DNA of 64,000 nt from an uncultured archaeon (GCA_964558645.1 CAZLEV010000008.1:64001-128000), one strand, 5' to 3'. Shown: positions 41,043 to 52,104, numbered from the stretch's first letter. Program-made: numbers and translations. The notes: generated from the letters alone by a model not told the origin.

Positions 41043-44000
41043 GTGCAGCACATGAGAGATATGAGGGTAATCCTGTCCTGTATGCTAGTACTAGCATTGT
41101 TGGCAGGCATTGCTCCATATGCCGAGGATACACAATCACCGGGTTCTACGTCGTCGTTTGAGAGGCACACGCCCGTGCCAGATGGGTCACAACCACTCGA
41201 AACCGAATCTCTAGATTCCGTGCTTGCTGAAGAAGCCTTCCTTCAGGGTATTCTAAATCCTGCTGTTGTGGAGCAAAGGGGGCTCGTGCTGTCAGACAAC
41301 ACCAGTGCTAGAACAGATACGACGCCTTCACCGACCGTTAGTCTTCCGCTGGATATTGAAAGCTCGTGGGTCTTCAGTGAAGGCTCTATCGAGATATATG
41401 GTCTGGATCGACTCTACGCGGTGAATGGCTCTTTTGATGAAGGTTACCCTGGCAGCAATATAGATCCTAACGGAACGGTCGCTTACTATCCCTATGGCTG
41501 GACAGCAGACAGCAATAGCAGTTCCGCCGATACGCAGATGGCTTCCTATGTGCAGAGTTCTGAGAACTACATACTCGTGGAGAATCAGGGAGAAAAGAAG
41601 CCAGGCACTGCAAACATATACCGTCACTATGCAGGGAGCGCAGTGTTCTGGGAGCAGGAGATATACAATTCCCCTTATACTGAAGACTTCGAATTGTCCC
41701 TTTCTTTTCTGTATGACAGCGGCCCGTTAGGTCAGAATATCGCAGAGGGATGCTCCCTATACGTTTCTATTGATGATGTTCCTGTGTGGACGATAAATCT
41801 CGTCAATCTTACACAGCGAGATGTGTGGTTTGATAGCGGTATAATCGCAATACACTATCCCGGAGCGCCGCTGTCGTTCAACGTGAGTGTCGGTTTGATT
41901 ATCGACAATTTCCTAGAATTGGATGAAAATGATGACAATGATCTAGACGGCAACCCTGACGGACTTGCCAATGCTAAGTACATCACTGTACACATTGATG
42001 ATTTTGCTCTGACTGGAACTGAACCACCATCTTTCGAGAGTGTTGATCTATCGCTGGAAGCCGGTGGTGAGGTCTGCGTAATAACTGGAACCGACGGTCG
42101 CGGAAACGCTACAGTCTACTTTGATCCCCCCCATGATACTGACCCCCTTGTTGTTTCTGTCCATTCCAACACATCTGTAAGATTCAACTTCATAGCAAGT
42201 GCACTTGCTCATCGATTCATCAATTCCACATTCAGTACTGACATTGATGATGAAGGTGTGATGTATGAAACGTCTGCAAACAAAGGTGTGGACCTACTTC
42301 TCTTCACTTATCTTGGCTTTGTCGGCGATTACAGCAACTTTGCCGTGAGAATATATTATCCTGAAGATTGGGATAACGTCACGGTCTATGATCCATTCTT
42401 GAAGGATGTTACATCCGAATGTGCTATCTCTCCTGGTATGGTTGTGTTATCAGGCTCAATCTTGTCCCGGCTAGGTTGGTGGGAGCTGAATCTCCAGTCT
42501 CCTAATTATGCCCAGAGCATCCAGACACAGAAGTACGATTCTGACGTGGCTTCGTGGCTGGACTCAGAGATTTTTCGGACTGACAACAACACACGGGCTC
42601 AAGTCACTATTGCCACCTCTCTGGAAAGCCCTTACCTCAATGACCCCATAAACTTCACGTGGTATCTTCCCAATGGTTCTCTCTGGGTGGGGTACTCGCT
42701 GACTCCGAATTCTGTTGGTACCGTTAACTCCAGCTCACATACAATTGGCGTTGGTAACTCCAGTGCAGGAGAATGGCGCGTCATTATGGCATGGTCGAAC
42801 GGTACTGAAGTGGCTATTGGTGCAGCTAGGTTCGTAGTCGTGCATTCGAGCTCACTCGAAGTGGCCGTGGCCGAGATTGAGGTGACATCAGGAGAAATCA
42901 TCTCGAATTTCGTGAAATTCAGAGATACGGAAACGGGGGAATACCTTACAGAAGATCACATCTCAGTGACTGCGAACTGGACTATTGGCGAAATCACCTT
43001 CACACAGAATCTCGTGAGAAAACGATACGAGGCCGATTTCGATACTTCGGATCTACAGGAGGGCATAACAAGTGTCAACGTCACCGCTGTATCGTTGTAT
43101 CACGATCCCTCCTCGATTCACTTCGTCATCGTCGTGCCCTATGGAACCACTGCCACTCTGTTCGATGTAGATGACGGGGTTGTGGAGGTTGACGTGTTCG
43201 TCGCAACCCCTGTGAATATGCGATACGAAAAAACGGATGGCTCTGGAATCCAAGATGCTAGCATATCTGTGCATTATTCGGGATCTGCAGGGGGTATGGA
43301 ATGGGTTGAAGTGGCCAATGGAGACTCTGGTAATTACACCATTGAGTTCACAGGTAAGGAATCAGGTATCTACGAAGTTGATATCGTCTTTTCGAAATAC
43401 GCGCATGAAGATGCTCACACATCCTTTCTGTTCATCGTTGGAGGACTTGGTTCAGTACTCACTCTGCTGAATGGAACTTCAAAATCAATCGAATACGGTA
43501 GTGACTTCAATCTGTTTCTTCGCTTTGAGAACACTACTGGCTATGGACTTGAGAACGCCAGTATCTCAGTCCAGTCAACTGGAGAAGACGATGCAATCTT
43601 CATCGGTGCAGTATCGGAACTAGGTGGGGGAGATTACTCAGTGTATCTCTCACCCTATGAGGCAGACACATTCACAATCATAGTGGGCGCCTCGACCCCA
43701 ATCCACGATACACAGTATGCCACCTTCACTCTCACTGTGATAGATATCGATATGTCCCTCACCTACCGGCTATCCGCATCAAGCATTCCCATCGGTCGCA
43801 ACATCACTGTCACTCTCGAGCTCTATGATGCGAATTCAGATCCAGTCACAGGTGCATTACTTGAGTTCATCGACCCTCCATCTTCTGCTATTCTTGATCT
43901 ATCTACTAGCATGTACTCAGACAACGGTCGATACACATTCAATGTTTCCTTTATCGAAACGGGTTCTTTCGTTCTGAGTGTCAGGGCGAGCAAAGAGAAC

Positions 44001-45737
44001 CACCGGAATTCCACGAGTGCCATATCCATTGTTGTGACGAATATACCCACTTCATTATCAACATCAGAAGGTCTCAGTTCGGCGGCCATTGAATATGGCT
44101 CAAGCTTGGAACTAGTTCTCTTCTTTGTTCGGACCGACCTCATGGTAAACGTGTCCGAAGCAGTCATCGAGGTTCAGGCAGATGATCTATCAGGATTGAC
44201 TATCTCTATCGTTGAGAATCAATCTGCATACAGGGTCAGAATACGCTCCAACAGGACTGGCCGCTGGGTCTTTACTTTCACAGGAACCAAGATGGACCAC
44301 GACCCGGATCTAATGCAATTCACGCTTGACGTTCAGCTGATCGGCACAGACCTCAGTGGTATAGGCCCACTGAGTTCCATCTATCTCTTGCGTAGCTATG
44401 AGTTACCTTTCTCTTATGAGATGACAAACGGCACGGGAATACTTGGAGCCTCGATATCCAAGTCGGGACCCGGTTCGGAATATGTATCTGTGAGGGATGA
44501 TGGCGAAGGGCACTATTCTGTTCTACTGACACCTGAAGATGTCGGCACTTACTCTGTACGCCTTACTTTCGGCAAGCTGGGCCACAGGTCTCGTGAGTAC
44601 ACTCTGTCTTTCTCAGTGACACCGGTTCCTCTCGAAGTCACTGTAGAGTCTCTCTCTTGGTCTCAGGGTCTTCCTCTGGTGATTGTTGCCAGAGTTGTTG
44701 AGGCCGACACTGATGTCCCTGTTGATGATGCGACGGTGCGATTCCAGCTGTATACTGATAACGCTGTCATAGCAGAGGGGACTCTCAATTCAGTCGGCAA
44801 CGGTGTCTATCGCTCTCAGGTTGATGAGGATTGGATAAATGACAACACTCTGGAATTATCCCTCTCGGTCACAAAGGAGGGCTATGACCTTGAGGTTCCT
44901 GTTGTACTCAGTGTCATTTCGGTGCCAAATCCAGACATCCAGAACTACCAGAACTTCATGACTTACGGTGTTCCCAGCATTGGTGTCTTCGTGTTTGTGA
45001 CCGTGGGTCTGCTGGTCTATCGATGGAGGGAGAAGCGACTGCAGGAACTCCGCCGGCAGAATGCTCACATCAAGCAACGGTTTTCAGATGCCCAGAATAT
45101 CTTGGGTGTTCTCGTGATGCACAAGAAGAGCGGTCTTCCTATCTATTCGCAGGCCATGAAACCAGGTCTCGATGAGGGTGTACTCTCTGCCTTCATATCG
45201 GCGATATCCCATTTCCGGAGCGAGTTTGGGCTGGAAGAGGTCAATAGCTACTCAGCCATCCCGATATCTGATGTGGTTCGGGTTGTCCCAACCGAGAATC
45301 TACTCTGTGCCACTGTCACTCTCACTCCTCCTTCAGATGAACAGGAGGAGCGAATGATTGAAGGAGCGAAGGCCGTTCATGAGAGATTCGATAACCAATT
45401 TGAGGAAACCCCTGTAGAGTTCCGGGATGAGTTCACGGCAGCCATATTCGATCAGATGTTCGAAGAATACTTGGATGGGTATCTCCTCCGGGAGTACCAG
45501 ATCAACTCTGACATGGATGTTCCCAGGAATCTTCGGTGTGTGAAAGAAGGAGTAGAGGCACTCGAGTCGCGCTATTTCAAACTCTCAGGTCTTGCCCGCG
45601 CTATGTCCTCATGTGGATTCAGTGACACCATGATCTACCGCAAGATATGGGACGCGCTAGAGTTTGGGCTACTCATTCGCACGCCCTCATCAAAGCCCGA
45701 TAGAGGTCTTGACTGGGATACACCTATTGAATCATAG
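41043..45737 (+). CDS. Giant single-pass surface protein A: Ig-like ectodomain, TM, cytoplasmic longin-like and winged-helix-like domains
   Basis: Signal peptide; ~95-aa repeats with G.Y motifs; many N-x-S/T; TM ~44963-45020; LGVLVMHKKSGLPIY...LSAFISAISHF. Confidence 0.8.
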   Translation: MQHMRDMRVILSCMLVLALLAGIAPYAEDTQSPGSTSSFERHTPVPDGSQPLETESLDSVLAEEAFLQGILNPAVVEQRGLVLSDNTSARTDTTPSPTVSLPLDIESSWVFSEGSIEIYGLDRLYAVNGSFDEGYPGSNIDPNGTVAYYPYGWTADSNSSSADTQMASYVQSSENYILVENQGEKKPGTANIYRHYAGSAVFWEQEIYNSPYTEDFELSLSFLYDSGPLGQNIAEGCSLYVSIDDVPVWTINLVNLTQRDVWFDSGIIAIHYPGAPLSFNVSVGLIIDNFLELDENDDNDLDGNPDGLANAKYITVHIDDFALTGTEPPSFESVDLSLEAGGEVCVITGTDGRGNATVYFDPPHDTDPLVVSVHSNTSVRFNFIASALAHRFINSTFSTDIDDEGVMYETSANKGVDLLLFTYLGFVGDYSNFAVRIYYPEDWDNVTVYDPFLKDVTSECAISPGMVVLSGSILSRLGWWELNLQSPNYAQSIQTQKYDSDVASWLDSEIFRTDNNTRAQVTIATSLESPYLNDPINFTWYLPNGSLWVGYSLTPNSVGTVNSSSHTIGVGNSSAGEWRVIMAWSNGTEVAIGAARFVVVHSSSLEVAVAEIEVTSGEIISNFVKFRDTETGEYLTEDHISVTANWTIGEITFTQNLVRKRYEADFDTSDLQEGITSVNVTAVSLYHDPSSIHFVIVVPYGTTATLFDVDDGVVEVDVFVATPVNMRYEKTDGSGIQDASISVHYSGSAGGMEWVEVANGDSGNYTIEFTGKESGIYEVDIVFSKYAHEDAHTSFLFIVGGLGSVLTLLNGTSKSIEYGSDFNLFLRFENTTGYGLENASISVQSTGEDDAIFIGAVSELGGGDYSVYLSPYEADTFTIIVGASTPIHDTQYATFTLTVIDIDMSLTYRLSASSIPIGRNITVTLELYDANSDPVTGALLEFIDPPSSAILDLSTSMYSDNGRYTFNVSFIETGSFVLSVRASKENHRNSTSAISIVVTNIPTSLSTSEGLSSAAIEYGSSLELVLFFVRTDLMVNVSEAVIEVQADDLSGLTISIVENQSAYRVRIRSNRTGRWVFTFTGTKMDHDPDLMQFTLDVQLIGTDLSGIGPLSSIYLLRSYELPFSYEMTNGTGILGASISKSGPGSEYVSVRDDGEGHYSVLLTPEDVGTYSVRLTFGKLGHRSREYTLSFSVTPVPLEVTVESLSWSQGLPLVIVARVVEADTDVPVDDATVRFQLYTDNAVIAEGTLNSVGNGVYRSQVDEDWINDNTLELSLSVTKEGYDLEVPVVLSVISVPNPDIQNYQNFMTYGVPSIGVFVFVTVGLLVYRWREKRLQELRRQNAHIKQRFSDAQNILGVLVMHKKSGLPIYSQAMKPGLDEGVLSAFISAISHFRSEFGLEEVNSYSAIPISDVVRVVPTENLLCATVTLTPPSDEQEERMIEGAKAVHERFDNQFEETPVEFRDEFTAAIFDQMFEEYLDGYLLREYQINSDMDVPRNLRCVKEGVEALESRYFKLSGLARAMSSCGFSDTMIYRKIWDALEFGLLIRTPSSKPDRGLDWDTPIES

Positions 45738-45960
45738 CATCAGCCCGATTCAATTCCCTTTTCGGCTCTGTGTGACATCCAAGAGTATGATTTCGCAGGC
45801 TCAGATAGAGGAACAAGGAGTATCTTGTTCGTGTATGATATGATGCTAATAGTTCCAAATCATACGCCATTATCGCCGTTTCCCGCAGCCATTTTCTTTT
45901 CAAAACCAATATATGATGTTTTGACTTATACACAAGTCTCTGAGAACAGATTTGTGACGG

Positions 45961-48900
45961 ATGTGTTGGCATATGCGCGAAATGAGGGTAATATTAGTCA
46001 GTTTACTGTTGATGGGTCTTTCGGCATCTCTTGCCCCACATGTCGCAAATACGGGTTCGCTTCCGGCCACCCCTGATTTGGGGGGAAGTGTTCTTCATCC
46101 TAAGGCTGAACCAGACTGCGTTCCAGTTGGTGAGTCGTTCTCTTGTGTTTCAGAAGACCAAGTCCATCAAGGGCTCCTTGGTCCCCTTCTCGTAGAACAG
46201 CGAGGTTATGTTGTATCAGGGGGTACAACTGCTAGGACTGATCTCAACCCTAGTCCAACCACGGATATACCACTTGACACAGACAACTCATGGGTATTCA
46301 GTCAGACTTCTGTAGAGGTACACGATCTAGAGCGCATGTATGTTGTTAACGGAACCTTCGACGAGGGATACCCCGGTTCCAACGACAATCCTGATGGCAC
46401 TGTGGAGTTCTATCCCTTGGGGTGGACAGCCATCAGCAATTCCTCTAATGCAGAACAGATACAGGTTGCCTCCTATGAACAGACGGTTGAAGAGTACGTC
46501 ACAGTGGAGAACCAAGGAGAGAAAGAAGGACCTAGTGGCAAGAAGTATAGGCATTATGCTGGAACAAGCGTGTTCTGGAAGCAGACTTACAGCAATATTC
46601 CTCAAGTTGAGGATTTCGTCCTAGGTTTCTCTTATCGCTATCTAAGGGGGCCGCTTGGAGCAGCCACTCCCGGTGCTTGTTCGTTGAGGATTGCTCTCAA
46701 CAATCAGGTCTTTTTCTATAAAGACCTCACAGAGTTGGAATCACGGAACACATGGTATGATGTTGAAGACCTGGCAATCAACTATCCTCTTGCGCCCAGT
46801 CAGATCGACATCACAGTTGGTCTATTCATAGACGATACTATGTTGCTGGAGGCTGATGGAGTCTATGGGGATGACGACAAAGCAAACGGAATTGTGAATA
46901 CTGTATACATAACCGCACATGTTGACGACATCACGCTCACAGGCGCGCAGCCCCCCTCTTTCGATCAAGTCGCCATGCAGTATGAGGCAAACGAGACGAC
47001 GGTTGACATCGAGGGCAGTCAGGGCTCTGGAACCGCCACAATTCAACTGACTCCTGTCTATTCGGCTGACCCTCTCACAGTTCGCGTTCTCTGTAACTCT
47101 TCGGTACGATTCTTCTATGAGGTGAGGGCTCTAGCTCACCGTTTCATAAACTCCACATACACCACTGATAATACAGCAGTTGGTGCAGCGTATGAAGCAG
47201 TTCCAAATGGTTCTGTGAACCTGATAACATTCACCTATCATGGGTCGCAGGGAGATTATGAGAACTTCACCATAAGCGCCTACTATCCGAACGATTGGGA
47301 GAATCTGACGGTCTATGATCCCTTTCTTACTGATGTGACCTCTCACTGCTACCTTCAACCTGGGATGGTAGAGATTTCGGGCTCCATACTATCTCGGTTG
47401 GGCTGGTGGGAATTCATCATTGAAGCCCCAAATTACGCAAGAGATGTCAGCTCTCAAATCTACGATTCAGACACTTCTTCTTGGACTTTCTCCGATAACT
47501 ACAGAGTCGGGAATCTGACAAGAGGCTGGATAGACATAGGAACGTCGGAAGATGATACATATCTCGACACCTTTGTGAACTTCACATGGTATTTGCCAAA
47601 CGGCTCCATCTGGTCAAGCGCCTCATTTGTACCAGACTCCTTTGGCCCCTCCACATCAAATCCTCAAGCAATTGAGGCGGAGAATTCCAGTGCGGGTGAA
47701 TGGGTACTCTTGGTTGAATGGACAAATGGGACCGAGGTGGCAGTAGGCTCAGTCAGTTTTACGGTGACACACTCAGGTTCACTGGAGGTCGCCGTTGCTG
47801 AGATTGAAGTGTCACTTGGCGAAGTGATTTCAAACTTCGTCAGGTTCAGAGATGACACAACCGATAGATATCTAACCGAGGAATATGTTACCATCACCGC
47901 GAACTGGACTTCTTCACCAGTGCAGTTTGACCCGAACCTTGTCAGGAACCGGTATGAGGCAGACTTCGACACCTCAGATTTGCCGTATGGCATTTCCGCG
48001 GTAATCGTGACTGCCACTTCAATGTTCCACGATACCAGTTTCGACCAGTTCAATGTCATCTTGCCCTACCCGACAAATGCATCGATTCTTGGAAATGATG
48101 CGGGCTTTGTCGAAGCCGATCTCCTTGAGGCGACAAGTATTACAGCTAGATATACGCGGATGGACAACTCTGGTGTTGAAGACGCCAATCTCTCCATCTA
48201 CTACTCTGGGCCGACGGATGGTCTTCAGTGGGAAGCGGTGCCAGCGGGAGGAAATGGCAACTACACAATCGAGTTCACCGGCGTGAAATCCGGTATTTAC
48301 AGTATTGATGTTCTATTTTCAAAATACGTCCATGAAGATGCTCAGACTTCCTTCCTGCTGTTAGTTGGGGAGCTTGGTTCGGAGTTGACGCTGCTGAATG
48401 GAACCTCTCAGTCCATCGAATATGGAGAATCCTTCCAACTGTTCCTGTTCTTCGAAAATGCAACAGGATATGGTCTGGAGAACGCCACTGTGACGGCACA
48501 GTCCACTTACGGGGATGATCCAATTACAATTGATGATGTGATAGACCTTCGTGAGGGATACTACTCGGTAAGCATCACCCCCTCCGATACCATGACTTTC
48601 ACAATAGTGATCGAGGCGTTTCTTGTCAATTACGAAACTCAGTTTGCTACATTCACCCTGACAGTGACAGAGATTGAGATGACGCTGACTTATGATATCT
48701 CTGCATCAAGTATTGCAATTGGTCGCAATGTTACCGCAACACTGGAGCTGCTTGATAGAAACTCTGAGCCTGTGAGCGGTGCCCTCTTGGAGTTCATTGA
48801 CCCGCCCTCGTCAGCCGTGCTGGGCTCTGTCATAGTAGGCGAGGCAGGCATCTACGTCTTCAATGTATCCTTTACCGGAACTGGAACCTATGTCATCGCT

Positions 48901-51240
48901 GTACGGGCGAGCAAGAGCGCATACAGGAACACAACTACTTCTCTCACCATAGTTGCCACAAAGATTCCAACATCGTTATCGGTTTCAAGCGGATTGAGTT
49001 CTGCCTCCATCTCATTTGGTTCAAGACTCCAGCTTGACCTTCTATACATCCGAACTGACCTTAATGCGAATGTCTCAGGGGCAGTCATCGAAATTCAGGG
49101 TGAAGGTCTCTCTAGTCTGACACTATCTGTGACGGAAGTAGCCTTGTCTTATAGGTTGGCGATAAGGTCCAATTCTACGGGTAGATGGGTCTTGACCTTC
49201 ACTGCTTCACGAACCGACCATAACTCGGATATGATTCAATTCACGCTTGATGTCTTGCCTGTGTCCACAGAGCTTACCGGATCCACTCCACTTGAGTCAG
49301 TGTACATATCTAGAACCTACGAGCTTCCTTTCTCATATACAATGGATAATGGAACCGGTGTTGCCGGTGCTGACGTCATTGGAACCGGATTTGGCTCAGA
49401 CTTTGTAGTATCGAGAGATGATGGTGAGGGCGCTTATACGTTGTTGTTGACTCCCGAAGAAGTTGGTAGTTACTCGGTCAAAATCATGTTCAGCAAGGTC
49501 GGGTTCAGTAGTCGTGTATATACCCTCAGTTTTGCTGTGACCCTCATTCCTGCCTCATTATCAACTTCTGAAGGTATCAGCTCATCAAATCTAGAATACG
49601 GCGCTGTACTGGATTTGGATCTTCTCTACATACGGACCGACCTCAACATGTCTTTGTCAAGTGCTAACATCTCAGTTCAGGCCGCTGACTTGTCTGATTT
49701 GACATTGAGTGTGATGGAATTACCTTCTTCATATCGGGTTCGGATTATGGCCAATAGTACTGGAACATGGGTGCTCACGTTCACTGCATCGAAGTCTTTC
49801 TACTCCTCTGACTCCATCAAGTTCACACTTACTGTTCAGACAATTGCAACAGAGCTTAGCGGAGCGACACCTCTCCAATCGGTATTCGTTTCTCGGGAGT
49901 ACTCGCTACCGTTCCGCTTCGCCCTCCTTAACGGCTCAGGAATTGCAGATGCTTCAATTTCCAAGTCTGGGTTGGGGTCGGATTTCATTTCTGTGGCGGA
50001 CAAAGGCGGGGGCGATTACTCGGTCTTGCTAGCACCTGGCGAAGAGGGCAGCTTCTCCGTCGTAGTAACCTTCAGTAAGCTGGGGCATAGGTCGCGTGAT
50101 TATGCTGTTTCATTCACCGTGGTGCCGATTCCTGTTGAAGTTGATGTAGAGTTTCTGTCCTGGTCTCAGGGTCTGCCTCTGGTGATTGTTGCCAGAGTTG
50201 TTGAGGCAGACATGGGTGCCCCTGTAGATGGAGCAATCGTTCGATTTCAACTGTACTCTGAAAGCGCCTTGATTGCACAGGGTACATTGAGTGATGTCGG
50301 TAACGGTGTGTATCGTGCTCAGGTGGATGCCGATTGGGTCGACGATAACACTCTGAAAGTATCAATCAGCGTTTCAAAAGATGGCTACGAGCAAGAGTCT
50401 TCCTCAGTTGTCAGCGTGATTCCAATCCCCAATCTAGAAGTCCAAGCCTATCAGAGCTTCGTGGCATATGGTGTTCCTGGGATACTTGTCTTCATTCTCG
50501 CTATCATCGGCTTGCAGATCTATCGTTGGAGAGAGAAGAAACAACAGCAATTGCGCCAAGAAAACGACCGCATCAGACAACGGTTCATGGATGCCCAGAA
50601 CATCATGGGAATCCTAGCTATGCATAAGTCGAGCGGTCTGCCAATCTACTCTCGAGCGATGAAACCTGGAATTGATGAGGCAATCCTCTCTGCATTCATA
50701 TCAGCTGTATCGCACTTCAGAAGCGAGTTTGGTCTCGAAGAGGTCATGAACTACACAGTTGTTCCTATATCAGATGTGGTTCGAGTTGTTCCCACTGAGA
50801 ACCTTCTGTGTGCGATGGTCACAGTGACTCCTCCGTCAGATGAACAGGAGGAGCGACTTGTCCAATGTGCGAGAGCAGCTCATGAACGCTTTGATGAACT
50901 GTACAGCGATGCTCCTGTGGAATTCAGAGATGAGCTCACCGCCCAGATTTTTGACCAGCTGTATGAGCAGCACTTGGACGGCTATCTCCTAGAAGAGTAC
51001 CAGTTCAACTCCGACATGGTAGGTTTCGACGAACTCAAATGCGTGAAAGATGGCGCGGAATCTCTTACAAATCGCTTCTTCAGACTCATACGCCTTGCCA
51101 GATCCATGAAATCATGTGGTTATAGTGAAACGATTGTCTATCGGAAGATTTGGGATGCATTAGAAAGTGGGCTGTTAGAGCGTGTGACCTCTCCACGACA
51201 GATGATGTCCTCTGACTGGAGTGCTCCCCCAGAACCATAG
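45961..51240 (+). CDS. Giant single-pass surface protein B, paralog of A with one extra 194-aa module
   Basis: Collinear with A from signal peptide to tail (e.g. GSILSRLGWWE, RYEADFDTSDL, VVRVVPTENLLCA). Confidence 0.8.
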   Translation: MCWHMREMRVILVSLLLMGLSASLAPHVANTGSLPATPDLGGSVLHPKAEPDCVPVGESFSCVSEDQVHQGLLGPLLVEQRGYVVSGGTTARTDLNPSPTTDIPLDTDNSWVFSQTSVEVHDLERMYVVNGTFDEGYPGSNDNPDGTVEFYPLGWTAISNSSNAEQIQVASYEQTVEEYVTVENQGEKEGPSGKKYRHYAGTSVFWKQTYSNIPQVEDFVLGFSYRYLRGPLGAATPGACSLRIALNNQVFFYKDLTELESRNTWYDVEDLAINYPLAPSQIDITVGLFIDDTMLLEADGVYGDDDKANGIVNTVYITAHVDDITLTGAQPPSFDQVAMQYEANETTVDIEGSQGSGTATIQLTPVYSADPLTVRVLCNSSVRFFYEVRALAHRFINSTYTTDNTAVGAAYEAVPNGSVNLITFTYHGSQGDYENFTISAYYPNDWENLTVYDPFLTDVTSHCYLQPGMVEISGSILSRLGWWEFIIEAPNYARDVSSQIYDSDTSSWTFSDNYRVGNLTRGWIDIGTSEDDTYLDTFVNFTWYLPNGSIWSSASFVPDSFGPSTSNPQAIEAENSSAGEWVLLVEWTNGTEVAVGSVSFTVTHSGSLEVAVAEIEVSLGEVISNFVRFRDDTTDRYLTEEYVTITANWTSSPVQFDPNLVRNRYEADFDTSDLPYGISAVIVTATSMFHDTSFDQFNVILPYPTNASILGNDAGFVEADLLEATSITARYTRMDNSGVEDANLSIYYSGPTDGLQWEAVPAGGNGNYTIEFTGVKSGIYSIDVLFSKYVHEDAQTSFLLLVGELGSELTLLNGTSQSIEYGESFQLFLFFENATGYGLENATVTAQSTYGDDPITIDDVIDLREGYYSVSITPSDTMTFTIVIEAFLVNYETQFATFTLTVTEIEMTLTYDISASSIAIGRNVTATLELLDRNSEPVSGALLEFIDPPSSAVLGSVIVGEAGIYVFNVSFTGTGTYVIAVRASKSAYRNTTTSLTIVATKIPTSLSVSSGLSSASISFGSRLQLDLLYIRTDLNANVSGAVIEIQGEGLSSLTLSVTEVALSYRLAIRSNSTGRWVLTFTASRTDHNSDMIQFTLDVLPVSTELTGSTPLESVYISRTYELPFSYTMDNGTGVAGADVIGTGFGSDFVVSRDDGEGAYTLLLTPEEVGSYSVKIMFSKVGFSSRVYTLSFAVTLIPASLSTSEGISSSNLEYGAVLDLDLLYIRTDLNMSLSSANISVQAADLSDLTLSVMELPSSYRVRIMANSTGTWVLTFTASKSFYSSDSIKFTLTVQTIATELSGATPLQSVFVSREYSLPFRFALLNGSGIADASISKSGLGSDFISVADKGGGDYSVLLAPGEEGSFSVVVTFSKLGHRSRDYAVSFTVVPIPVEVDVEFLSWSQGLPLVIVARVVEADMGAPVDGAIVRFQLYSESALIAQGTLSDVGNGVYRAQVDADWVDDNTLKVSISVSKDGYEQESSSVVSVIPIPNLEVQAYQSFVAYGVPGILVFILAIIGLQIYRWREKKQQQLRQENDRIRQRFMDAQNIMGILAMHKSSGLPIYSRAMKPGIDEAILSAFISAVSHFRSEFGLEEVMNYTVVPISDVVRVVPTENLLCAMVTVTPPSDEQEERLVQCARAAHERFDELYSDAPVEFRDELTAQIFDQLYEQHLDGYLLEEYQFNSDMVGFDELKCVKDGAESLTNRFFRLIRLARSMKSCGYSETIVYRKIWDALESGLLERVTSPRQMMSSDWSAPPEP
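48964..50127 (+). repeat. Tandem 582-nt (194-aa) duplication inside protein B
   Basis: IPTSLSVSSG..LDLLYIRTDLN starts at 48964 and IPASLSTSEG..LDLLYIRTDLN at 49546. Confidence 0.85.
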
Positions 51241-52104
51241 TGATCAATGTGGTCTGCCTGATTGGCGTTGCTGCTTGACCCTAATTGCTTCATGTCGAGG
51301 TACAGAATGCCCCCTCTCCCCCTCTCTTCTTCTGGACATGTAGATTCTGTCTTCACAGACTGACGAGAAACGCATCCTTCGGGGCATTATTTCTGGGTAT
51401 TCCTGATACTATCGCTGGATATAGCTCTCTGTATTACGTAGAGAGTAGCCTGATTGCACGCAACCTTATATGCTCTCCAGACGAAGTAAGGGTGTGTTGT
51501 ATCACAGTAAGTGAATAGAACAAGGAGATGGCGAATGATGGCCGAAGAAACAAAACAGAATCCGCGTCCGAGTTCAACTCTGCAGAAGAATGCCGAGGTT
51601 CTGAACGTCCTCTATGGGTTACTGGACAGCGACAGAGAACCAACAGATGATGACGCCCGGACTCTTCGTTACCTCTACTCCAGTTCTTAGAACATCTTAT
51701 GCTCCTCATGTAACAATGAGGTCTTCATTCGCTGTCTCACATGCACCTCCCGGCAGGCGAGACACAGTGGGGCGGGTCCTCTGATTCGTCCCACACCATC
51801 TCCTGGCACCTCACTTCTGAAAGCAGCAACACTTTCCTCGCAAAGCGAATGGATATGTGTGGAGGGAACCTACCCATCTTGTCAACCATCACGTTTCTCA
51901 TGCTCAGTCTGTTCTGGTTGGAGGAGTATCCCATCTGGTACAACATTCTGCGAACAGTCGTTGTATGGGCAATCATGGCTCTCGGACAGACTCTCACCAT
52001 AAATCTCTCCGCGGGCAAGACCCTAGAGGTCCAAGAAGCGGAGAGTAGCAATGACCAAAGGGGCGCAGGTAAGCCTATCAGGAAGCTCCAAGAGTGGATA
52101 GACT

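Noticed and set aside
51241-52104. Short ORFs on both strands, including a hydrophobic 136-aa ORF
   Set aside because: No recognisable motif or clear start; possibly a decayed membrane-protein gene but unsupported.
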